Part shown: positions 13,501 through 24,500 of the stretch, one piece after another
How the letters are laid out: every line of letters starts with the position of its first letter
How positions within the stretch are numbered: position 1 is the first letter of the stretch
Source: Antedon mediterranea
Lineage: Eukaryota; Animalia; Echinodermata
Assembly (NCBI RefSeq): GCF_964355755.1
Contig: NC_092679.1
Location: 1-64,000 of the forward strand
Direction: 5' to 3'
DNA: 64,000 bases
Notes under the pieces: model-generated
Database searches by the model: none
Told to the model about the DNA's origin: nothing
Seen by the model: only the letters and a program-made list of their open reading frames with translations
Position numbers and translations under genes: made by a program

Positions 13501-14322
13501 TTAACATTCCCGGTGAACAAACAGCGGCGAGGACGCTCTCGGGGCGGCTCCCGATAGGCCTAGGCCCCATATGGTCATCGTCGGATGAGTCAGTCTACTA
13601 ATTTCTTCATAATTTCGAAACCGGTCATTCATAATGGTCAAGTTTGGTCTTATTTTGAAGAGAAGAAATAGGTTCTGATGAAGAGATGAGTTTTATTATG
13701 AAATATTTATTAATTTTTGTGCATTTGGTAGTCAAAGATAAATTACAAATTTTTAATAATTTTCCTAAAATATTTCTAAAATTTGCATAATCCATACTCC
13801 GCCAAAATAAATTGTAACACAAATTTGATAACATATTTGGAAATAAAATGTCCTTTGAATTATTTTTGTTTTTTAATTTTTTTAATGTCTGTGTTTAGAA
13901 AAAAAGTTAGGGTTAATTATATGACATATGCTTTTTGGGTCCCAGGGGAGCAAAATAAACTTAGGGGTCAATGGGTTAAGTAAGGTATAAAAACATCAAA
14001 TTCCAACCAGCAGCAAGAGCTGAAAAGGTTGGATTACAATCATAAACTGAGAAGTTAAATACATCATAGTATTGTATATACTGCACTAGGTTGGAGTAAC
14101 GTAAGGCCATGTATCTGTACAACCATAAAGGAAATATATATTTCCTCCATGGTACTACATAACAACAGATACACAGATACATGGCTTGTTTACGTTACTC
14201 CAACGTACCGGCGTGAATTAACGAACTGTACTGAATAATATTCATATGTATTTTTGGGGAAAAATAAATATTTACCAATATTCTCAAAGCATTATTGTAT
14301 TTATATCTATTACTTACGCCAT
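7590..14322 (-). CDS. SNRPD2: Small nuclear ribonucleoprotein Sm D2 (~117 aa)
   Basis: Exons 14322-14318 (ATGGC|gtaagt), 8035-7862, 7764-7590 (TGA). Translation [73 protein letters not shown]...LRNPLATAK is the conserved Sm D2 sequence. The 5-nt first coding exon is inferred from phase. Confidence 0.95.
9309..10505. mobile_element. Non-autonomous TIR DNA transposon, possibly Sola-like, in SNRPD2 intron 1
   Basis: TIRs GCGAGGCCTCACCACAAAATGAGTC / GACTCATTTTGTGGTAAGGCCTCAC. ATAT on both flanks (4-bp TSD). Contains an acidic ORF remnant at 9535-9807. Confidence 0.75.
11090..11950. mobile_element. Non-autonomous Mutator-like element
   Basis: ~75-bp TIRs CGCCGTGGCGAAAGATACGGTACCGTATC...GCATTACGTCATA and reverse complement. 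Perfect 9-bp TSD ATAATTTAA (11081-11089, 11951-11959). Confidence 0.9.
12746..13975. mobile_element. Degenerate piggyBac-like non-autonomous element
   Basis: TTAA|CCGATTCACCAC ... GGGGTCAATGGG|TTAA: imperfect TIR with TTAA on both sides. Confidence 0.5.
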
Positions 14323-14795
14323 TTTTCTGATGCAGATTTTGAAGATTTTAAACAGATAAATTGGTAAAATAAGCTTGACTATCTCCAGACAACTTCTCTT
14401 CTCTCTCTTTACCGCTTTGTGCGTAGCGCCACCAGCGGATTTTTTTAAAGTACTCACTCGCTGCTGCTAGAGAAGAGAGTGTGTGTGTAGCAGTAGTTTA
14501 TGATATGACACACCATTAATTGTGTAACATTTTTCAAGCAGAATCATGAATAATTATGGGATAGATTAGTATACAAATAACAATTAAATATTTTCTCCAT
14601 TCAAAAAATAGAAAACATTCATTTGTTTTATAAACAACGAATTATATTCAACTAATTTAATTATATATTAATTATATTATTAACACAACAGGCATAGAAA
14701 TAAATTCCAAACCGCCCGGTGATACACTGAAAATTATTTAATTAATTAATTTGAAACGATAAAGATGAGGAAATCTGTGAGAATGAGAAAAAGTC

Positions 14796-14868
14796 GCCCC
14801 AACCGAGATTCGAACTCGGACCGCCTGCTTGTGATATGCAGTTGCCCTAACCATTAGACCACTGGGGC
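14796..14868 (-). pseudogene. tRNA-like (Val-CAC-like) pseudogene or tRNA-derived repeat module
   Basis: Minus strand GCCCCAG-TG-GTCTAATGGTTAGGGC-A-ACTGCATATCACAAGCAGG-CGGT-CCGAGTTCGAATCTCGG-TTGGGGC. 7-bp acceptor stem, perfect T arm, A/B boxes and downstream T5, but an irregular anticodon loop. Confidence 0.7.
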
Positions 14869-15164
14869 TTTCATGGTATTGTTCTTTAACTCGATTGGAT
14901 AACGACCCTTTAATTATATTATTATATATTATTAAACGTAGTTTATCAGATACTGTTAGTTCCTACAAATTTTTTCGAGAACTTTTCCAACTTTCGTAAG
15001 TCCTTGATTGACACCGGAGTGTTTAAAGTGATGTGAATAATATCCGGCGTGTTTTTAAAATGTATAATATTAAACGTCATAGCCTCCCAGTCTCTGTAAT
15101 CGATATCGATAGGTCGCAACTATTATATTATAGTACATCTTTGAAAAGATTGATCGGTTGAGAT

Positions 15165-15440
15165 ATAATTAACTGTTATATTTTAGTACATTAACCCATT
15201 ACCTGTGAAGACATGATTACGATCCTACAGTTGTTGCAGATATAATTAACTGCAATACTTTTTTATAGTACATTAACCCAATTACCTGCAGTTGAGAGAA
15301 TTAACTGTTATATTTTATTATACTGTAGTACATTAACCCAATTACCTGCAGTTGAGAGAATTAACTGTTATATTTTATTATACTGTAGTACATTTTACCC
15401 AATTACATGCGAAGACATTTGGTCACGATTCTACAGTTGC
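15165..15440. repeat. ~60-bp tandem repeat
   Basis: AATTAACTGTTATATTTT...AGTACATTAACCCAATTACCTG recurs 4 times. Confidence 0.8.
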
Positions 15441-16782
15441 AGATCCTCTAAAGCTGTGTGGAACAACATCTTTCTAATAATATAATTCAAAATACACCAG
15501 CCCGGAAGTTTTCAACAAAAGTTTTCTCTTTATTTTTGCTGCTGGTGAGTGTGTGGGGAGGTAAAAGGGACTCCCATAGGTTTTTGTTTGTTTTCGGTAT
15601 ATCATAATTTTTTTTGTCTGTTTGTTAACTAATATACAAAATAATAAATGTTTATGAGTCGAGTTGGATGGTGAAGAAAATGCCAATAGTTGAAAGAGAT
15701 ACTATATAATGAGGCGGCGGCAGCCGAGTTAATGTAGACTTTATTCAACAAAAACGTAATCAAAGTAGGCCAATTATTTAATCATTTAGCAGCGTGTTTT
15801 AATAATACTTATACGGAAATTGTTAAGGCTTTTTGTTACTTTGTGCATGCAGCATAGCTTCATAAAACAAATCGATTCTAGAATATGCATGATATTGCGA
15901 TAACATGGACCACCGTAAGCCTTTGGACAATTTAATAGCAAATTTAATTAATAATTGTTATTTTCTCCGCAACTGGAATGTCCCTATAATAGTGACCGTC
16001 GAACCCCGGCCAATCCGCGATTTAGACAATTACTCGGTGATTGGTTGTAACTTGTGCATGATGTTGGTGGTAAAAAAACAGGATGGTAAAAATGATAATG
16101 AGGGCGCTGTGGAAGTCATTTGCAGCTGCTGAATGTTTGTGGTTTGTGTTTGGTGTTGTAATAATAATATAAAGTGAGTACTGTTAGGCCTAATAAATAA
16201 ATAAATATCATGATTGTTTAATCAATCATAAATACACAATGGAGAATGATCCATTTAAAAAGAATGTTCGCTTACTTAGATGTACTCGTAATGATGATGA
16301 ATCAAAGTACCTCTTGGTTGGTGTGGTACGTGTACGTAAACGGATCACGATAAACAAAGGTTTTCCGGCGGTCCGGCCTGGTGGGGTAGCGAGACGATTC
16401 GGCCCATTTAATATCGTCCACTCATTTATTAATGTTGAGCAATTTGAAATTGTGCAAGGATATTTCTCAAAGTTCCTGATTTTTTGTAAACATTTTTTCA
16501 TCTTACTCTTTTTTCCCTCTTTACTCACAGTTGACATTAATTGTTGATTGATACCACCAACAAGAGTCAAGAGGGATCTTTTTCTTAATTGTTGCCAGCC
16601 CATATTGCCATTATTGGTACCTAACCTAGCCTATAGGCCTAGTATGTTGCAGTCATCACAATGCCATTTGTTTGTGCATTCTTGCTTAGGCCTAGTTATT
16701 TTTTTTATTTCTGAGCTTACTTATGCCATGTTAACAATAACATTATAAATAATAAACATTATCTTTTCTATTAGATTTCAAG

Positions 16783-18107
16783 ATGAAAAATCTGCTATTT
16801 ACAATATTGTTGATCATCACATTACAACATGAAATTGCTGGCGATAAAAAAAAATTACAAATTGGAGTTAAAAAAAGAATTGGAAATTGTGAACGAAAGA
16901 GTAAAACTGGAGACTTATTACATATGCATTATACAGTAAGTGTATAATATAAACACTTGTTGTATTGATGTTGTATTACTTATAAAGTACACATATTAAC
17001 TAATTGATGTAACCTTTTAAAACAAAAATGGTTGTTAAAATCCTCCAGGGAATTGGCATTCTTTTACTTGGACAAATTTATGGTCAAATCAGTCCTATAC
17101 AGATTGTATTTACAGTATTCTATTAGTTTTCATCTACTTTGGTGCATAATCTTTTATGACTCTTTATTTTATTCATTTGGTCAGGAGTGGCAATAGCAAG
17201 AAACCCTGAGGGCGGTGCAGCTTAGATAAGCCATATTTTAGACTCGTCTCCCAGCTTAATATAGTGCTGCCAGTTTGCCACATTAATTTTCCCTCGAATT
17301 ACAAAGATAACTGAATTTTAATGTATATGTGTGGTTTTCTGCATTAAATTATAACAAAAAGGTTTACACACAATTTACGATATTTAAGCCATTGTACGAC
17401 CATCTGTGGTCATAATTTTCTAATTTTGTTTTCTTTAACTGAAAGGGGATTCTCCTCATATAGCCACCACGGAAAACTGCTTGTGACGTCACACTGTTAC
17501 CTATTGATAATGGATAGAGGACACTGTTGACCGAAAAAAACACTTGCCTCCCGTTTTTTTAACTTCAGATACAGAATCTATATAACTTTGTTACTTGTAC
17601 TAGTAAATATATGTACTTTATTTCAGGGAACATTAGAAGATGGAACAGAATTTGATAGCAGTATTCCAAGAAAACAACCTTTTACTTTTACATTGGGAAC
17701 GGGTCAAGTAATCAAAGGTTGGGACCAAGGTCTTCTTGGGTAAGTCTAAATAATACTCAATGCATTATAAATTTTAAATTATTTATACAACACAATTTAA
17801 TTTATTATTATGCAATGCTGATAAACATTTATGTACTTAGTTTTCTTGTTTCTCAGAATGTGTGTTGGTGAAAAAAGAAAACTTGTAATTCCATCTCATT
17901 TAGGCTATGGTGATAGAGGAGCTCCGCCAAAGATTCCAGGTAACAAATCATTCATGTAGATATTCATTCATTACAGATAATGTACAGTTTTGTTACTGTT
18001 TACAAACAACAAAGTATAACAAGTGACTTTTTCATCTCCATGTAGGTGGTGCAACTCTCATCTTTGAAGTCGAGCTTCTCAAGATTGAAGGCAAAGGAGA
18101 ACTATGA
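16783..18107 (+). CDS. FKBP2: FK506-binding protein 2 (FKBP13), ER peptidyl-prolyl isomerase (~136 aa)
   Basis: Exons 16783-16935, 17627-17739, 17857-17939, 18046-18107. Signal peptide [14 protein letters not shown], then [10 protein letters not shown]...[18 protein letters not shown]...[60 protein letters not shown] non-coding first exon probably ends near 16173 (AAA|gtgagt). Confidence 0.95.
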
Positions 18108-18521
18108 AACATTTATCCTAGTCAGAGGGTCTAAGTTTGTTGTATTTTATTCATTTTAAACCCAGAAGTTGCTTTTATTTTAGGACATACAGTACTGTAG
18201 TATGATGTGCATGAACTTTTTTCATATACCTGTACTGTAATATTGATTTTTGTGAAATTGAAATAAAATGTCATCAAAGCCGTAATAAAATTGTGTTTTT
18301 AATTAATACTGTATAAAACATTTATAAAAATCTAAAATCTAGATAAAATACTCATCATTCAATTAATAAACGCATACATATTAAGCTACTAAATGTGTTG
18401 TATATATTTAAAATGTGGTTAAAATTCAAGGTACCTGACATAACATTAATGTTGCCCCAGACTAGAGCGCACCATCAACATGTCTACGATGAAACATCTT
18501 ATTTACTTAAATGTACTCCAT

Positions 18522-21500
18522 CTATTCCTTGAATCTCAAACCTGCCGTACATTCTGGTTTAGAATTGACAGGTGATAAAGGCAGTTTGGTTTCTACATAT
18601 CTGTAATGATGCGAATAAATCTACAGCATTAATACAAAAACAAAAATAGATAATGCATGTGAGTAAATCTACAGCATTAATACAAAAACAAAAATAGATA
18701 ATGCATGTGAGTAAATCTACAGCATTAATACAAAAACAAAAATAGATAATGCATGTGAGTAAATCTACAGCATTAATACAAAAACAAAAATAGATAATGC
18801 ATGTGAGTAAATCTACAGCATTAATACAAAAACAAAAATAGATAATGCATGTGAGTAAATCTACAGCATTAATACAAAAACAAAAATAGATAATGCATGT
18901 GAGTAAATCTACAGCATTAATACAAAAACAAAAATAGATAATGCATGTGAGTAAATCTACAGCATTAATACAAAAACAAAAATAGATAATGCATTTGAGT
19001 AAATCTACAGCATTAATACAAAAACAAAAATAGATAATGCATGTGAGTAAATCTACAGCATTAATACAAAAACAATAATAGATAATGCATTTGGAAATAC
19101 TGTACATAATATTAATTTAAACAATTATTATTCAAGGTATTCAAATTAATGAACACCTAGAAATTGCTATATTCTCTATACAGTATTTGACTAAATACTG
19201 TAATGTCAGTAACTCTATTCATTTAAACTTACATTTTGTTTGTGGTGGCAAAGAATTTTGTCATCTTGTTTTGTCGTAAAATGTTTTCATTACTGGCTTT
19301 TCTTTTTTTACTGTTATGTCGTGTTAATCCCACATTCTTTGATCGTCCTATGTGATTGGAAAGCCCTTAAAAGTAATCAGTTGAAAACATAAATATTCTT
19401 GGTTTCCAGTCTTAATGCAGTATTGTATGTGATCTTTCTGAACCCACTGTTATAAATGAATTGTAATTTAATAAAGTTAATAATAGAATATTTCATACTT
19501 AAGTTAGCTGCAGGAGGAGCTGATCTTCCTAGACTTAGCCCACATCTTACCTAAATAAAAGAAAAATAAAACAGTAAAAACATTAACAATGGACCTGTAA
19601 ATTAGATTAATTTATAGGTCCATGCACTAAACATTACAGATGACAGAAAAGCTGATGCAAGAATCACCTTATTTGGTTTCATTGTTGAGGTATGTAATGA
19701 ATTACTGGTATCACCATCTGCATTCTTTAACAAGTAAGAACTATTATTTTCCTGAATTACCATTTTACTTGTATTGTTGAATTCAGGTAGCCTTGACTCA
19801 CTTGATGCCAGAATCATGGTGTTCAGTTTGGAAGTGCTACCAGGCTGGAATTCTGGACATGAGTTTATATAAAAGTGTTGTAGAGACTGATTTTGTTGAG
19901 AAAAGTTTTGTTGTGAATGACTTGGAGAAATCAAGTACTGTGTTGAATTCACTTCTGTCTGACTTTCCGATGTGCAGTCATGTTGTGATTGACTCGGATG
20001 CATCGATGACACCTCATCACCATCAATGCTATATAAATTGCTAATCTGAGAGAGTTTAATTGATTCCTGAGATAGGTCATCACAGTTATCATCACAAGCA
20101 TGTTTGTGAGTCATACTACTACTACTGACATTGCATGGTGTTTCTAAATCAGAATTTCTCTTGGAGGAACTCCGAAAGCTTTCAATGCTTGAACTCTGTC
20201 CTATACAACATTCAAAGATTCCTTTATTACTGTTGGCACTTGTTTTCCAAGAAAAAGCACCAGTTCTTGAAGCACCTCTTGTTTTTAAAGGCACTTTTAA
20301 TTCTAATGTATTTTGTTCCTTTTGTGAACTCCTGTTCTCCTCCTTCAAATTAGTTTCTAGCATATCAACTTGTAATTTATTTGGGGTCAAAGATGATGAC
20401 CTTTTAAACTTTTGGAGATGTGAATGAACTGATAGGTCAGATACTGGTAAATCATCATCTTGGTCATTTTGTATTTCATTTTGTAGATCATCTAATTCAG
20501 CTAATAATATTGAATTATTTTTGGATTTATCTCTTTCATCTTCTGAATTGTCTAAGGTGGATATTGGTTCAGATGAAAAAAATCTTAAAAGAAAAATGGA
20601 CACATCATAAAAATCTTTGTACATAGAATCATAGAAAAATGATAATAAGCTAACTTCTCATTCAAAATACCTGCTGTTTTGAGTTGCACCTTGATTTATA
20701 AGATCTGTGCGTTCTTTTGATGAGAATCTGTGAATCACAAATTTGTTCCGTCTTATTTTGGGTTTCTGGTTAGATTGAGTGGCAGATTCTTTTTCCAATT
20801 CCTTTTCAGGAGTTTCTGGAATAACTTCCTCCTCCAATTTTGGAGGCGAACCATACATCAATGCAAGATCTTGTTCACATTCCAAGGATACACTTTCTAT
20901 TAAAAATTATACATTCCAATCAAAACATCTTATTAAACCATAAATCATTTTTCTATCAAAAATTCATATCTGAAATATACTCTTTGTACCCAATACTGTT
21001 GTCAAGGTTACCATGCAAATAATGGCAACAGCCAATAAGAAAGCAGAACATTTTGATACAAGGTTTTGATACTAAAATCATAGTGGATTCCTAGAAAAGA
21101 CCATGGCAAGACCTTCAAAATCTAGAATTTGTATCATATTTAATGTTATTACTGGAAAATGAGGCATTTTTCCAATTCATTACAGTTACTTACAAGCACT
21201 AAACACAAATGTCCTGTAAAATTATATTTTGTGGAGGTACAAGGCTCACAGAATGGCAACCAAGAAATGGTAAAAAGGAGGAGAGGAAGACAAAATAAAC
21301 CTACACTGTAGCCTAGACCAGAATGAAAATTGCTCACCCAAAAATGGATGAAAAAAGTCTGATGATGATGAGGTTACAAAACAATAAGTAATCATTGCGA
21401 TTCATTGACTCACCCTCTATATACTTTTTCTCACTCATCTTAAATACAGGTAATTTTACTGTCATTTGTTTGCTCTTTGTTGACCTTTGTTGTAATTCAA

Positions 21501-24500
21501 GATGGTCACCTGATCCACACTTCAATCTTGGTTTATACTTGTTATGCCAAATACTTAATAGATGGTGTGGTGTCTTGGGATCAAATGGCTAAACAAAAAC
21601 AATTGAAGTTATGATTGTGCATTTTAATTTGTTGAATCGTAACTGGAGTTTAAAGGTGCTGTTTGTTTGTTTGCACTAATACACCAATATCATATAATTA
21701 ATACAATACCTTATTTGATTGTGGCACATAGTGAGCAACTTTGCACCCAGTGTTGACATTCAAATTGCCTAATGCCATTTCATAGGCAACCCTATTATCA
21801 ATGTATCTGATTACCTACATGTAAGGAGCATATCAACTAGTTTAAAGACATATTGTCCCCCTTTTTCACAATTTTTGTTTTCTTCTCTGTGGAAGTTATA
21901 ACTTTATTAAAACTACAAAATGGCCTATTCACAGTTTGATTAATCTTCATTTTTCATTTTTTTGGGGGGGACAGTAATCTTTAAATATAAAATTCATGTA
22001 ATAAAAATTAAGACTAGTCTACTTATTAAAATTGTATAGTGCTACATTGTATTTAATTTGCAAATTGTTAAATAAAGGATACTTTCCAGCATATGAGATG
22101 TCACCAGGTTGTATTTCAGGTGGATATGGATTCAAGGGAACTAGTTTACGAGTTAATGGGTCAAATACCAGCTGATGCAAGAATGTGTTATTGGCTTGAT
22201 GGAATCCTTCAATGTAATCATCTCCAACAGCTTGTTTCATCTTCAGATGCATTGGCATTTTCTTTAATAGCTGAAACGAGAAGGAAATCATGCATTTCCT
22301 CATTATTTAGAGTAAGTTTTATACTATGCTATATTTACAAACTTTGATTAATTTAGCTGCATACACATTAGGCCTGAATGATGATGTCTCCTCCTCCACA
22401 ATTGATTACAGACCTACTTACCTGACTTATATCAGGATTTGATGATAGTAAGAATAGTTTACGAGCTTTTCCAAGACCAATTCCTGGCAAAGACGGCAGA
22501 TAATCACATCCAGATATGATGCACATATATCGAAACTTATCAACTGTGTATTTTGTTCCAATCTTCATGGCTTTATCAAGTTTTGATGAACAAATTTCTA
22601 GTCCATTTCCATTAATATCCAACTTTACAATAACCTAAGAATAATAAAAACAAATGTGTGAACAAAGGTAAACTATAGTCTGCTCCGCCTACATTTGACA
22701 TAATAGAAGTTTATCACATCAAACACATCTAAATTGTTTGATAGTGTAGACAGAGCTATAGACAACAATTTTCTGCATAATACCTTATCACAACCAAAAG
22801 CTACAAGATCAGAATCCTCAGTGATAATAGCCTCTGCAATACCACACTTGTTGAGATATGCAAGTTGGGCGTCTGCTTCATATGGTGCTACTATACAGTC
22901 TACATCTAAAGATCTTGCAGCCTAAAAATTTTAAAATATTACGAATCATAGATTCAAAGTCTGTCTATACTTATGAACTAATGCTCTTGGCCTAATAGGT
23001 CTGCCAGCAATACAGTAGAAAGCTTCTGATTTGCAACGACTGATGTGTTGTCAGTTGTTAACTCAATCAAAACTGTGTAAGCTCTCTAAATACAAAATAA
23101 TGTCAAACAAAGTTAAATGGTGTTTTAAAAATAACTGTTAAAACACCCAATTTGCTATTGGAATTCCATTTTAACATCTTTACATGTTAGTACATTGTCT
23201 GTTTGGTAATGTTAACATTTGTTGTTAATGACCACCTAATGATTTTTTTTAGAGCAACAACTTAGCAGAATAGTGGCCGATACTGTACAGGGAAACATTT
23301 ATTTTGTGTTAATTTTTTATTATAGAATGTACTGGTTAATATATTCTACAAAGATGCACACTTTTTAAAACAGATTATATTTTTCCATATTATAAAGAAG
23401 TGTTTTTGTTACCTTGATAACATCTAAGGCCATTTCAGATTTTATATTGATACATTTTGTAAAACAATCTCGTGCCTCGTTCAGTTTTCCTTCTCGTAAA
23501 AACTGTTTTCCTTTCTTCATGAACGTTTCCCGTCTCCTATGAAAAATGAATTCAATAAATCTTATTAAGACCACTAAAACCTGAAACAACTTAAGACCAC
23601 TAAACCCTGAAACAACTTAAGACCACTAAAACCTGAAACAACTTAAGACCACCAAAACCTGAAACAACTTAAGACCCCTAAAACCTGAAACAACTTAAGA
23701 CCAATAAAACCTGAAACAACTTAAGACCACCAAAACCTGAAACAACTTAAGACCACTAAAACCTGAAACAACTTAAATTATATAAAAAACTTATTAGGTT
23801 ACTTTATTCTATTGTTTATTTTGTTGTTATACACAAATTAATAATGAATGTTTAGGAGTTAGCAGGATGGTGAGAATGTTTAGGAGTTAGCAGGATGGTG
23901 AGAATGTTTAGGAGTTAGCAGGATGGTGAGAATGTTTAGGAGTTAGCAGGATGGTGAGAATGTTTAGGAGTTAGCAGGATGGTGAGAATGTTTAGGAGTT
24001 AGCAGGATGGTGAGAATGTTTAGGAGTTAGCAGGATGGTGAGAATGTTTAGGAGTTAGCAGGATGGTGAGAATGTTTAGGAGTTAGCAGGATGGTGAGAA
24101 TGTTTAGGAGTTAGCATGATGGTGAGAATGTTTAGGAGTTAGCATGATGGTGAGAATGTTTAGGAGTTAGCAGGATGGTGAGAATGTTTAGGAGTTAGCA
24201 GGATGGTGAGAATGTTTAGGAGTTAGCAGGATGGTGAGAATGTTTAGGAGTTAGCAGGATGGTGAGAATGTTTAGGAGTTAGCAGGATGGTGAGAATGTT
24301 TAGGAGTTAGCAGGATGGTGAGAATGTTTAGGAGTTAGCAGGATGGTGAGAATGTTTAGGAGTTAGCAGGATGGTAAGAATGTTTAGGAGTTAGCAGGAT
24401 GGTGAGAATGTTTAGGAGTTAGCAGGATGGTGAGAATGTTTAGGAGTTAGCAGGATGGTGAGAATGTTTAGGAGTTAGCAGGATGGTGAGAATGTTTAGG

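Noticed and set aside
14796-14868. Functional selenocysteine or opal-suppressor tRNA (TCA)
   Set aside because: No long variable arm, and that register lacks U33 and purine 37; better explained as a tRNA-derived module.
16005-16045. ER-stress element in the FKBP2 promoter
   Set aside because: CCAAT boxes are present but lack the CCACG at the ERSE spacing.
16226-16603. Overlapping 125-aa and 102-aa ORFs
   Set aside because: They lie in the probable FKBP2 first intron, with no recognisable domain or supporting splice structure.
18559-19107. 182-aa Cys-rich repeat ORF
   Set aside because: 51-bp intronic minisatellite; the real last EXO1 exon (18600-18522) is in a different frame.
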